A program made the translations under genes and the position numbers. The notes under the pieces are model-generated. The model did not search any database and was not told the DNA's origin. It saw only the letters and a list, made by a program, of their open reading frames with translations. This document shows positions 8,664 to 17,746 of a DNA stretch of 64,000 bases, in pieces; the stretch's first letter is position 1; every line of letters begins with the position of its first letter. The stretch comes from an uncultured Gammaproteobacteria bacterium. Lineage in GTDB: Bacteria; Patescibacteriota; Patescibacteriia; Magasanikbacterales; GWA2-37-8. The DNA lies in NCBI GenBank assembly GCA_964478235.1, contig CAYZGX010000003.1, positions 5,914 to 69,913 of the forward strand. Reading direction: 5' to 3'.

Positions 8664-9920
8664 CTATTTTTTTTCTAAAGCAATTATATAGCCAAATCCA
8701 AAGAGGTGCAAGGTCCAATCAATAATGAGGGTAATTTTTCGGACAATACCAGGTATAAACAATAGATAGACAGTGCGGCGGATCCACCAAGCGAACAGCC
8801 CTTCAAACACAAAGCCGTATAAGACAGCGATAGCATAGCGGTCGCCAATCGGCATAAGTGTGCCGGCAGATTTAAAAATAAACGGTTTGAGGCGTGTTTG
8901 GCGAATACTCGCTACAATATGGCGAGCTACATAGAGGCCTTGATGATGAGCGACTTCGCCCAGTTGCGGATAGGGGCGTTCTGCTCCTGGAGCTTGAGCC
9001 AAAGCGACATCGCCGACACCGTAAAGAGTGGAAAAAGCAGTGTGCTGGAGAAAATCATTGACGCGAATACGGCCTTTTTCGCAAACTTCTTCGGGTAAAA
9101 TAGTGCTAGCGGTATTTCCAATGCCGGTACACCAAAAAGTAATATCACTTGGCAATGTTTCTCCAGTACCAAGCAATACTTCTTTTTCGCGAACCTCTTT
9201 AACAGCTGTGCCGGTTCGAACAGTAATCTGCAAACGCTGTAATTTCTTTAAAACTTTTTGTTGAGCTTTAACTGGTAGGACGCCAGCTACCGCTGGAGAT
9301 GATTCAACTACGGTAAGAGTGATAGCAGTTGTTGGAAATAATTTTTTAAGAGCATGTTCGCGCAAAAAAGCGAGCTGACCCACGACTTCGACCCCGGTGT
9401 AGCCACCACCGACCACAGTTAGGTGAAGCTTTTTAGGTTGTTTTTCTAAATGTTTAATGATTCTTTCGCGAAAATGCATGGCTTGAGTGAGGGTGCGGAC
9501 AGTTTCAGCATAGGTGTCGGCTCCAGGAACGCCAAAAAAATTCAAACCACTACCAATCGCCATAACACAGTAGTCGTAGGTGATAGTTCCTTCAGAGGTG
9601 GTGAGAGTTTTTGTTTTTGGATCAAGGGCTGTAATGGAAGCTTTAAGAAAACGATGAGGAGTGTTGTAAGTGAGCTCACGAAGTGGGACGGTCGCGTGAG
9701 ATGGTAAAACCGAACCAGTTGCTACCTCATGAAGGAGTGGGGTAAAAGTAAAATAATCATTTTCATCAATGATGGTTATGGTTTTATGGATACCGTGACG
9801 CTTGAACAGTTTGGAAAGTTCGCGAAATGTCTCAAAGCCACCAATACCGGCGCCGAGAATAACGACATCACTGTGTTGTTGAGGTAAAGACATATAATAA
9901 GGAAAAACTAATAGCTTCAT
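8664..9920 (-). CDS. Type II NADH dehydrogenase (NDH-2) / FAD-dependent pyridine nucleotide-disulfide oxidoreductase
   Basis: Two Rossmann dinucleotide motifs (VVILGAGIGGFE; LTVVGGGYTGVE). ~418 aa, typical of NDH-2. C-terminal membrane-associated helix. Confidence 0.8.
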   Translation of the reverse strand: MKLLVFPYYMSLPQQHSDVVILGAGIGGFETFRELSKLFKRHGIHKTITIIDENDYFTFTPLLHEVATGSVLPSHATVPLRELTYNTPHRFLKASITALDPKTKTLTTSEGTITYDYCVMAIGSGLNFFGVPGADTYAETVRTLTQAMHFRERIIKHLEKQPKKLHLTVVGGGYTGVEVVGQLAFLREHALKKLFPTTAITLTVVESSPAVAGVLPVKAQQKVLKKLQRLQITVRTGTAVKEVREKEVLLGTGETLPSDITFWCTGIGNTASTILPEEVCEKGRIRVNDFLQHTAFSTLYGVGDVALAQAPGAERPYPQLGEVAHHQGLYVARHIVASIRQTRLKPFIFKSAGTLMPIGDRYAIAVLYGFVFEGLFAWWIRRTVYLLFIPGIVRKITLIIDWTLHLFGFGYIIALEKK

Positions 9921-9989
9921 TATAGCAAGCAGAGTATAAAATAGATAGCTAAAGCAGTCTCCTTGTTTTTTGATTTCAAAAAAGGTACT

Positions 9990-10976
9990 ATGCCGTTACC
10001 AATCTCTATGATTTTATTTCTCTACGGCGAAGATACACTGCGCAGTCAGGTGTATGTACGACAATCTATCGAAAAGTTTCGTCGCGAGCGTGATCCGCAG
10101 GGGTATAATACCGCCCGGCTGGACGCCAAGACTGTTGATGCTGGAAAAATTATGGCCGAAATTACCTCGGCGCCCTTTTTGGCACAAAAACGAATGGTAG
10201 TGATTGAAAATATTGCTTCAACAACTAACAAAGAGCTTATCCGAGCCTTTAGCGAACGGCTAGATGTTGGCATTCCCGACAGTACTATTGTTGTTATTTG
10301 GCAACATGAGCCGGTTGGTAAGGCTAAAGAATGTAAAGAATTGTTTGAACGCCTAAAAAAAGAAAAATACGCGCAAGAATTTGAAGCATTGGCTGGAGAG
10401 ACGCTCGTTGCCTGGATTAAAAAAGAAGTTGCTACTGCTGGGGGTGCTATTGAGCTAGGCGCTGTGCCAGCTATTGCTGCTCTTGGTGGAAAAGATATGT
10501 GGTTGGTGTCTGGAGTGGTGGCTCAGCTTGCAGCCTATGCCAACGGCCGAATAATTACTGCGTCTGACGTGGCATTGTTTGTTCCTGAAAAGCTCGACGA
10601 TAATGTTTTTTCTTTAGTCGAGGCGCTGGTAAGTGGAAATAGGAAAAAAGCCAGCTTATTAATGTTTGAACAACGTCGCTTAGGGCAAGATGATATGCGC
10701 TTATTTAGCTTGATTGCCTGGCAGTTTCGTGTGTTAGTTGCGCTATCTGACGCCATGCTTCACGAGCCAGGTATTCCAAGCGAGGTCTTGGCTAAACAAT
10801 TAGAGATTCACCCTTTTGTCGTCAAAAAAAATCTACCGCTCATTAGACGGTTTTCGCCTCAGGCGCTGCTCCGTATTCACAACGAGCTCGTGGCAATAGA
10901 TGGCGCCACAAAAAATGGTCGAGCCGATCAAGGACTGCTCCTCGACCGACTAGTGGAAGTGGTGGCTGTAAAATAA
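9990..10976 (+). CDS. holA: DNA polymerase III delta subunit
   Basis: N-terminus ILFLYGEDTLRSQVY typical of HolA. ~330 aa. ORF opens at TTG 9963. ATG 9990 has AAAGG 6 nt upstream. Confidence 0.7.
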   Translation: MPLPISMILFLYGEDTLRSQVYVRQSIEKFRRERDPQGYNTARLDAKTVDAGKIMAEITSAPFLAQKRMVVIENIASTTNKELIRAFSERLDVGIPDSTIVVIWQHEPVGKAKECKELFERLKKEKYAQEFEALAGETLVAWIKKEVATAGGAIELGAVPAIAALGGKDMWLVSGVVAQLAAYANGRIITASDVALFVPEKLDDNVFSLVEALVSGNRKKASLLMFEQRRLGQDDMRLFSLIAWQFRVLVALSDAMLHEPGIPSEVLAKQLEIHPFVVKKNLPLIRRFSPQALLRIHNELVAIDGATKNGRADQGLLLDRLVEVVAVK

Positions 10977-11025
10977 AATATCCCGGCTGCCTCAAGCAGT
11001 CGGGATATTTTTTTGAAGTAACTAG

Positions 11026-11283
11026 TTATTTTTTCTTGCTGTTGATTTTTTTCATCAAGCGAGAAATTTTGCGAGCTGCAGTGTTCTTTTTGATAACACC
11101 GAGGCGAGCAGCTTTGTCGAGAGCTTTCTGAGCAGCTACCAATAATTTTTTGGCTTCAGCTGGAGTGGTAGCCTTGGTAACGTGCTTGATAGCAGTCTTG
11201 AAAGCGTCGCGGCGAAGTAAATTCGCAGCAGCATTCTTCTTGCTTTGGCGGAGAGCCTTAGCGGCATTTTGCTTATTTGGCAT
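11026..11283 (-). CDS. rpsT: 30S ribosomal protein S20
   Basis: MPNKQNAAKALRQSKKNAAANLLRRDAFKTAIKHV... is the S20 signature. 85 aa. Confidence 0.9.
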   Translation of the reverse strand: MPNKQNAAKALRQSKKNAAANLLRRDAFKTAIKHVTKATTPAEAKKLLVAAQKALDKAARLGVIKKNTAARKISRLMKKINSKKK

Positions 11284-11435
11284 AGTATATATGAGGTAAA
11301 CACTACCTATGTGAGAGAGCTACAAGGAGTGTGTAAAATAGTCCTGAGTCAAGCCCCTCGTGTGACAACAAGGGAACAAGGCTAGAATGGCGTCAGTATA
11401 GAGCAAAATCAGCGTTTCGTCAAGTGGTGGAGCGG

Positions 11436-12500
11436 TTATTCGAGGTTTGGTTTATCAAGCAAGATAGGTTCAACAGTCTTTTCCCCGTCAGTAATGCGAA
11501 TAACATCTTTATCAATCTTATTAAACTCTTTATAGGCGTTATTATAATGAGAGACGCTGGTACCAAGTGTATTGCCTAATTTTTTGAGATAATCTTCGTA
11601 GGCCAGGATATGTTTTCCTAAATCTTCCACTCGTTCACGGATCTCTTTGGCTGATTCTTCAATTTTCATCGCCCGCAAACCCTGCATGACTGTTTGCAGG
11701 TAGGCTAAAAACGAAGTTGGTGACACAATAATGACATGACGTTCGCGGAAAGCGTATTCAATCAAATCGTGAGTGTTGGCCTTGATAGCGCCGACTTGAT
11801 TAACAAGTAAATCATAATAAATACCTTCGGCTGGAATGAACATGAAAGCGAAATCCATCGTCCCCTCTTTTTGTTTGATATATTTACTTGTTTCGTCAAT
11901 GCGCTTCTTGAGGTCGTTTCTGAACAATGTTTCCAGCTCTTTTCGTCGTTCTGGATCTTTTTCTTGAGCGAGGCGATTATAGTTTTCGAGACTGAATTTG
12001 GAATCAACAGGAATAATTTGGTCTTTAATAAAGATAGCCGCGTCGACAATGTCGCCATCTTTAAAAGCATATTGCATTTGGTACGAACCAGGAGGTAAAA
12101 CATTTTTAAGAACATTTTCCAGGAGGTATTCGCCAAGAATACCGCGGTGTTTTGGGTTCTGAAGAACGTCTTCAATATTCTGCAACTGAGTTGCAAAACC
12201 AATGAGCTGCTTGTTGGTCTCGTCAATTTTGGTAAGACGCTCAGTAAGGTCGGCAACAATTTTAACATTTTGGCCAAACTGGTGCTGAACAGTCTGGTTG
12301 AGATCTCGCTTGGCTTCCGACACGGTTCGATTGGTGTCAGACATCTTTTGATCAATCAACCGGGTCAAATCCTGAAGCTGTTGCTGCATCATAAGAAACG
12401 ACTGGTCGTTTTCGCGCGAGTCCTTCTTTTTGAGGACAGTAACAAGTCCTACAGCGACTGCTATAAGGACAAGAACGAGAATAACAAAGGAAAGTTCCAT
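11436..12500 (-). CDS. rmuC: DNA recombination protein RmuC
   Basis: N-terminal TM, then coiled-coil, then C-terminal RmuC domain (VIIVSPTSFLAYLQTVMQGL). ORF extends to 12554. Likely start is MELSF at 12500. Confidence 0.8.
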   Translation of the reverse strand: MELSFVILVLVLIAVAVGLVTVLKKKDSRENDQSFLMMQQQLQDLTRLIDQKMSDTNRTVSEAKRDLNQTVQHQFGQNVKIVADLTERLTKIDETNKQLIGFATQLQNIEDVLQNPKHRGILGEYLLENVLKNVLPPGSYQMQYAFKDGDIVDAAIFIKDQIIPVDSKFSLENYNRLAQEKDPERRKELETLFRNDLKKRIDETSKYIKQKEGTMDFAFMFIPAEGIYYDLLVNQVGAIKANTHDLIEYAFRERHVIIVSPTSFLAYLQTVMQGLRAMKIEESAKEIRERVEDLGKHILAYEDYLKKLGNTLGTSVSHYNNAYKEFNKIDKDVIRITDGEKTVEPILLDKPNLE

Positions 12501-12609
12501 AGAAAAAGCATAAAAGTATGGCTTTAGTGTAGCATCACCTGGGCAAAAAGTCACTGAACAAGCCGAGGATAGACAGCTAAGCGCTCCGTAGGCTATACTT
12601 TGGACGTCT

Positions 12610-12681
12610 GCCCCCGTAGTTCAATGGATAGAACAGTCCCGTCCTAAGGGATAGATGTACGTTCGATTCGTGCTGGGGGCA
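12610..12681 (+). tRNA. tRNA-Arg (anticodon CCT)
   Basis: Acceptor GCCCCCG/TGGGGGC (one G-U). D-stem GTTC/GAAC. Anticodon loop GTCCTAA. T-arm GTACG-TTCGATT-CGTGC. Discriminator A. Confidence 0.85.
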
Positions 12682-12688
12682 CAAGATC

Positions 12689-12723
12689 AAAAGCCCGCCA
12701 CTTCTCGTGGTGGGCTTTTATTA
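12689..12723 (+). terminator. Intrinsic terminator after tRNA-Arg
   Basis: AAAGCCCGCCAC-ttctc-GTGGTGGGCTTT hairpin followed by TTATTAT. Confidence 0.65.
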
Positions 12724-12749
12724 TATCAGGATAAAGAAAAGATAAAGAC

Positions 12750-12923
12750 GTTTGTATAGATTATTGTATACAAACACAAAAACACCTTTGTAGAGGGAGG
12801 CGGACGATCACTTCTGAGCATCTTTTAGTCAAAAAAGTGGCTAAAATTAGCTAAGAGTGTGGATAACTTTGTGGGTAAGTGGATACTTTCTGTGTTTAAT
12901 TTGTATACACTAGTGTATACAAA
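12750..12923. promoter_or_regulatory. Cluster of palindromes and DnaA-box-like motifs in the tRNA-Arg / TrmB intergenic region
   Basis: Inverted repeat GTTTGTATA-n8-TATACAAAC (12750-12775). Perfect 24-bp palindrome TTTGTATACACTAGTGTATACAAA (12900-12923). Perfect DnaA box TGTGGATAA (12858-12866) with near-copies AGTGGATAC (12879-12887) and TTATCCACT (12953-12961). Confidence 0.4.
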
Positions 12924-12994
12924 GAAATCAAAAGAGACCATTCGTAATGGCTTTATCCACTGTTTTGTTGTCAGAATGTTTCCCGTGAAACACT

Positions 12995-13702
12995 CTAGAT
13001 ACTTTTCAGCATTCTAAAGAGTATCTGGAATGTTCTACCCACCTCTTTTTGCGTGATAACCGTGGCAAAAGCCGGCTCAAGTGCCGTAATGAGGGCAATT
13101 GTGTCGTTCCACTGTAAAATAATGGTCGCTGATAAGGCTTTTTCGTCCTTTTCAGCGCTTTCTTCGGCTATCGACCCACCAATTGTTTCACGTGAAACAA
13201 TTGGTAAGCCAATATGGGTATAGGTAATACCCCGTTGTTTTATTTGATCGGTAAAAAAAGTGTACAACTCCCCCGTAGCTGCCTGAAGTGGGCTTAGTTC
13301 ACCAAATAAGGTAATAATCGGCGCATCAAGCGCTTTGTAGAAAAGAGTTCGCACCGCCTCCCACCCCTCGAAAAAGCTAATCTGCGGTTTAAACTTTTGA
13401 GGAGTATACAGAGCTTGGAGATCTGGGATGATCTGTTGAGCTAAGGACTGTTGGCGCTCCAACATTTGAATAACTGATTCTGGATTTTTGGCACGATAGG
13501 CCTTTCGCTTACCATCGGGCATTTCTTCGATCAAACCTTTTTCTTGAAGGCTTTCAAAAATGTGGTAACAGTTGGTGCGGGCGATTTTTGTTTCACGTGA
13601 AACAATTGGTGGGGTAGTCAGACCGTTTGACAATAAAAAAAGATAGACAGTTGTTTCTGAAGGGGTGAGTCCAAGTTGGCGAAGTGTGGCTTGAATGTCC
13701 AT
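12995..13702 (-). CDS. TrmB-family winged-helix transcriptional regulator
   Basis: N-terminal HTH LGLTPSETTVYLFLLSNGLTTPPIVSRETKIARTNCYHIFESLQEKGLI matches the TrmB-type wHTH pattern. 235 aa. Confidence 0.7.
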   Translation of the reverse strand: MDIQATLRQLGLTPSETTVYLFLLSNGLTTPPIVSRETKIARTNCYHIFESLQEKGLIEEMPDGKRKAYRAKNPESVIQMLERQQSLAQQIIPDLQALYTPQKFKPQISFFEGWEAVRTLFYKALDAPIITLFGELSPLQAATGELYTFFTDQIKQRGITYTHIGLPIVSRETIGGSIAEESAEKDEKALSATIILQWNDTIALITALEPAFATVITQKEVGRTFQILFRMLKSI

Positions 13703-13938
13703 AATCTAATTGTCAAAAAAAAGTATACCATTAAATAAAATAAAAGTAAACAAAAAATAAAGTTTTTATCAAAAATAATATTGACAAAATTGACAAAATA
13801 AATAAACAGCGTACTATTAAGGCTGTGAAGCCCCTCTGGTTGCCATGCCTGGCCGGAGGGGTTCCGGTGTGGTACTCCACACCAAAATCGTGTATAATCT
13901 AAGGAGAAGAAGGGAAAATTTTAACGTTTCTTTATCCT

Positions 13939-16227
13939 ATGCTCTCACATTTTCGCGCCGCCCAATGGTTTGATAAAATTGCCTGGTTTTTACTCTGTGC
14001 CACCATCGTCGTTGTACCATTTGTGGTGGATAGTAGTCTCGCCAATGCCTTTGTTCTTCCTAAACAGTATTGGGCCTTCGGTTTAATCGCCGGCGCCTTG
14101 ATCGCTTGGGTATGCAAGATCGTGATGTTGCGCAAAGCAGGACTCTATCTTAGTCGGATTGATGCTGCTGTTGGAGCTTTCATTATAAGCGCAGTCATCG
14201 CCACTGTTTTTTCAGTCGCCAAATTCTCTAGCTTTATCGGGCGAGCCGACTACTTTAGTCTGAGCGCGCTTTTTTTTATCATGATGGGGTTCTTTTATTT
14301 CCTCATCATTCAAATGTGTCGTTCCCTCAAACAGTGGATGCTGCTTCTTGATGTAACTGTTTTAGTCAGTCTCACCGCTTCAATTATTTTTCTAGCTAAA
14401 GCATTATTTGACACTGATTTTTTTGCCTACTGGTTGCCGGATATTTGGAATAGTATTGATCAGGCTAATAGTTCGTTTGGTATTTGGCTTGTCGCCGCCC
14501 TTCTCTTATCTGCTGGGCAAATGATGCGCCGAAATATTTCTATTGCGCGAATTGCTCTCTACACGGCGACAACACTTCTTTCCTTCGTCGCTCTGATTAT
14601 TCTCAACTTCGGTATGATGTGGTGGTTGCTCCTTATTGGGGCAACGCTGTTATTATCGGTGGGAATTATTTTCTTGCGCGAAGTTCGTTTACCGTGGCTT
14701 TCAGCTATCTTTGTACTACTTTTAGCCTCAGCAATATTTATCGGCTTTGGTGCGCCACATTTAGTCTCCACAACGGTTCCATCAGAAGTGGTTCTCAACC
14801 GTGAAACATCGTGGTTTTTAGCAACTGAGAGTATTTTTTCAAGTGTTAAAAATACCGTTGTTGGCAACGGTCTCGGAACGTTTGGTCTCATCTTCTCACA
14901 ATATCGCGATCCAAGCTTTAATAACGATCCATACGCTTGGTCACTTCGCTTTAATCAACCGTTTAGCTCGGCCTTCACCTTGATTGGGGAGGGTGGTCTT
15001 CTTCTAACCTTGGTATTTATCGGCCTCATCCTATTTGTGGTTGGTATTATTATTACCACCATTAAAAAAGCCCGTGTAGAAATTGCCCGCCGTTCAGTGG
15101 TGCAGTTTTTTGACGAAGGTGTTCCTCCGCTGGAGACTCCGTTTATTGCGAGCGCCGCTGTCGCTGTGCCGTGGTTTGTTTTAACGCTTGCCATGGTCGT
15201 CTTCTATTTTGGCGCAGCGCTCTGGTTCTTGTGGTGGCTGCTTCTAGCTTTGGTGATGGTCAGTATCATCCTCTGTAATCCAAAAATGATCTCTTATAAA
15301 GAATTTGTTATTGAAGATTCTCCAGAATATACCTTATCATTTTCTTTTACCTTAATTGTTGTCCTTACCGCTGTGGTGGTGACTGGAGTATGGGGTGCTC
15401 GGATGTATTTAGCAGAACGTGCCTATGCAGGCAGTCTTCGTGCAACCACACTTGCCGAAGCGGAAGCTGGTTTTTTGAAAGCTTTGAGCTATCGATCAAA
15501 TAGCGAGGTTTATCACGCGGCTTTGGCGCAAGCCTACCTCCTTCAAGCGACTCAAGAAAGTCGTATGGAAAAACCAAATGTTGAAAAAATTGGGTTGTTG
15601 GTGCAAAAAGCCGTCAGTGAAGCGCGCTCCGCCACCGACAACGCCCCACGTTCAGTGGTGGTTTGGGAAAACTTAGCGGTGATGTATGAAAATGCCGCCG
15701 CTCTTATTCCAGAAGCTCGCGAGTGGGCTATCAAATCACTTCTCCAAGCTCGCTCACTTGAACCGAGTAACCCTGTGCTCTTGTGGCGCCTCGGTAATAA
15801 TTATATGCAAAGCAGTAATGTCGACGAGGGGATTAAGAGCTATCAAGAGGCGATTGCTCTGAAGCAAGATTATGTTACAGCCTACGATTCGCTCGCTAAA
15901 GCCTACGAACAAAAACAAGAAAATGATAAAGCTTTGGAAATTTATACCTTGCTTGTTCGTGCTCAGCCGACCAACAACGACTTCCTCTTTAATTATGCTC
16001 GCTTAGTCTATAATCGTGGTGCCAAAGATGATCGCGCGCTAGCCGAAGAGGTGTGGCTCGCTATTCTTGAACGTGAGCCAAATTACGCTAATGCTTTGTA
16101 TGGTTTAGCATCCCTCTATGAATTGCGCGGTAATCGTTCACAAGCTTTGGAGTACTATAAACGAGTGCTAGAGCTTAATCCGGGCAATAAAGATATTAAA
16201 ACTAAAGTCGATGCGCTTTCACGGTAA
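13939..16227 (+). CDS. Wzy_C (O-antigen ligase / O-oligosaccharyltransferase-like) polytopic membrane protein with C-terminal TPR repeats
   Basis: More than 10 predicted TM helices over ~480 aa. C-terminal ~250 aa has TPR-like repeats (AYDSLAKAYEQKQENDKALEIY..., ALYGLASLYELRGNRSQALEYYKRVLELNP). Preceded by an extended -10 TGTATAAT and AAGGAG RBS. Confidence 0.65.
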   Translation: MLSHFRAAQWFDKIAWFLLCATIVVVPFVVDSSLANAFVLPKQYWAFGLIAGALIAWVCKIVMLRKAGLYLSRIDAAVGAFIISAVIATVFSVAKFSSFIGRADYFSLSALFFIMMGFFYFLIIQMCRSLKQWMLLLDVTVLVSLTASIIFLAKALFDTDFFAYWLPDIWNSIDQANSSFGIWLVAALLLSAGQMMRRNISIARIALYTATTLLSFVALIILNFGMMWWLLLIGATLLLSVGIIFLREVRLPWLSAIFVLLLASAIFIGFGAPHLVSTTVPSEVVLNRETSWFLATESIFSSVKNTVVGNGLGTFGLIFSQYRDPSFNNDPYAWSLRFNQPFSSAFTLIGEGGLLLTLVFIGLILFVVGIIITTIKKARVEIARRSVVQFFDEGVPPLETPFIASAAVAVPWFVLTLAMVVFYFGAALWFLWWLLLALVMVSIILCNPKMISYKEFVIEDSPEYTLSFSFTLIVVLTAVVVTGVWGARMYLAERAYAGSLRATTLAEAEAGFLKALSYRSNSEVYHAALAQAYLLQATQESRMEKPNVEKIGLLVQKAVSEARSATDNAPRSVVVWENLAVMYENAAALIPEAREWAIKSLLQARSLEPSNPVLLWRLGNNYMQSSNVDEGIKSYQEAIALKQDYVTAYDSLAKAYEQKQENDKALEIYTLLVRAQPTNNDFLFNYARLVYNRGAKDDRALAEEVWLAILEREPNYANALYGLASLYELRGNRSQALEYYKRVLELNPGNKDIKTKVDALSR

Positions 16228-16867
16228 TATTACTGCTAGTCTAGTCATACTTGCGACGTTCGTCGCAAGTTTTGGTGCGCCACAAGCAGTTTTTGGTGAA
16301 ATGACATCTACTAATTATTCTATTTACGCAGACAGTGTTGGTTTTGGCGGGCTCAACAACAGTACAAGTACTTCATACACCCTAAGCGATACAGCCGGCG
16401 AAGCAGGGGCGGAGACAGCCACCAGCACCACGTATACTCTTCGAGGTGGTTTCCAGGCTATGGAACAAGATCAAAGTCTGTCGCTCACTATAAGCACCAG
16501 CTCGCTTAGTTTGGGGACGCTCAGTAAAACCGCCATCAGCAATGCCACCACCACATTTTCAGTTAGTACCAACTCGCTAACAGGTTACACCGTATCAATT
16601 AGTGGGGTTAGTGGTACATCGCCAGCCACCGTATCTGACGGTGCTGTCACCGCCGGATCTGATGAGTATGGTGTGGCAACAGTGGGAGATCATGGGGCAA
16701 TTTCTGGTGAAGCGTCAATTATCTTTGGTCGAGTTTTAGCTTCGTTTAACAATTCCACCAATGGGTATGCCACCACTACGCTCATATTTAGAGCCTCATA
16801 TGCAAGTGACGGGCTAGCTGGCGGGTATAGTCAGACCGTATCGCTTATTGCCTCGGCTAATTTTTAA
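16211..16867 (+). CDS. Secreted Ser/Thr-rich protein (signal peptide)
   Basis: Signal peptide MRFHGNITASLVILATFVASFGAPQAVFG. Mature part is dominated by S/T/G/A. Start overlaps the upstream gene end, so the true start may be internal. Confidence 0.5.
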   Translation: MRFHGNITASLVILATFVASFGAPQAVFGEMTSTNYSIYADSVGFGGLNNSTSTSYTLSDTAGEAGAETATSTTYTLRGGFQAMEQDQSLSLTISTSSLSLGTLSKTAISNATTTFSVSTNSLTGYTVSISGVSGTSPATVSDGAVTAGSDEYGVATVGDHGAISGEASIIFGRVLASFNNSTNGYATTTLIFRASYASDGLAGGYSQTVSLIASANF

Positions 16868-16870
16868 GCT

Positions 16871-17740
16871 ATGAAACGATTTGAGCTGGCGCTAGTTGGG
16901 ATAATAGGCATGTTGGCTATGAGTGTGCCATTTGGAGCGCAGGCTTTTTCTATCAAGCCAATAAAATATCGAGTGGTTGTTGATCCAGGGCTCGAGCAGA
17001 TTATTAGTGTGGACATCAGCAACACAGGAGCGGACACTCGTCGGTATACCATTCGGATGACTGGGGTAACCCAAGACACCGAAGGACGACCTATTTTTAA
17101 AGAGGGAAGTAGTCGGGCGGAAAACTGGCTCTATCCAGAAAAAAAAGAAATAACAATTGCCGCTCGCGAGACACAATCGCTCTTTATTACAGTTCGGCCA
17201 GACAAAAATGCTGAACCCGGGACACAGTACGCAGCTGTTTTGGTACAAGAAAATACGGCAGTACGCGGAAACATCGGGGTGCTTGCCGAAACAGCTTTGC
17301 TTGTCCAAGTTGATGTGGCGGGTGAAGTGCGTGAAGCGGTAAGCATTGAAAAGTGGGAAGCAATAAAAAATATTCAGGCCACCCCAGCCTGGGATAGTCA
17401 ATTTAGCATTAAAAACAACGGCACAATTTCGGTTCCGGTGAGCGGGGAAGTGGTCGTTACCAATTGGCGAGGTCGTGAAATCGCTCGTGTTCCGATTCAA
17501 GTTGGGTCAGATCTTTTACCAGCTACCCGTCGTGAGAAATTAGTTTCAACAGCGCTCCTCAAAGCATGGCCAGGCCCGTATCGTTTGGATGCTGTAGTGC
17601 GTTTTGGGGCAAGCCAGGCCGTTGCCAAAGCATCTTCAACGGTATGGTATATTCCAACGTGGAGTATCTCTGTTGTTCTGACCCTTGTTTTAGTAGCGCT
17701 TATATATCGAGGGTTACGACGTAGAAAGTATAGAGGTTAA
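16871..17740 (+). CDS. Cell-surface protein with signal peptide and C-terminal TM anchor plus basic tail
   Basis: N-terminal signal (LVGIIGMLAMSVPFGAQA). C-terminal WSISVVLTLVLVALIYRGLRRRKYRG. Beta-rich middle. Architecture recalls the membrane-anchored partner proteins of Firmicute surface-protein loci (inference). Confidence 0.5.
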   Translation: MKRFELALVGIIGMLAMSVPFGAQAFSIKPIKYRVVVDPGLEQIISVDISNTGADTRRYTIRMTGVTQDTEGRPIFKEGSSRAENWLYPEKKEITIAARETQSLFITVRPDKNAEPGTQYAAVLVQENTAVRGNIGVLAETALLVQVDVAGEVREAVSIEKWEAIKNIQATPAWDSQFSIKNNGTISVPVSGEVVVTNWRGREIARVPIQVGSDLLPATRREKLVSTALLKAWPGPYRLDAVVRFGASQAVAKASSTVWYIPTWSISVVLTLVLVALIYRGLRRRKYRG

Positions 17741-17746
17741 GTATAT

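Noticed and set aside
11762-12527. ORFs 11762-12355(-), 11871-12098(+) and 12147-12527(+) overlapping rmuC
   Set aside because: They are alternative-frame or antisense ORFs within a well-supported RmuC coding region.
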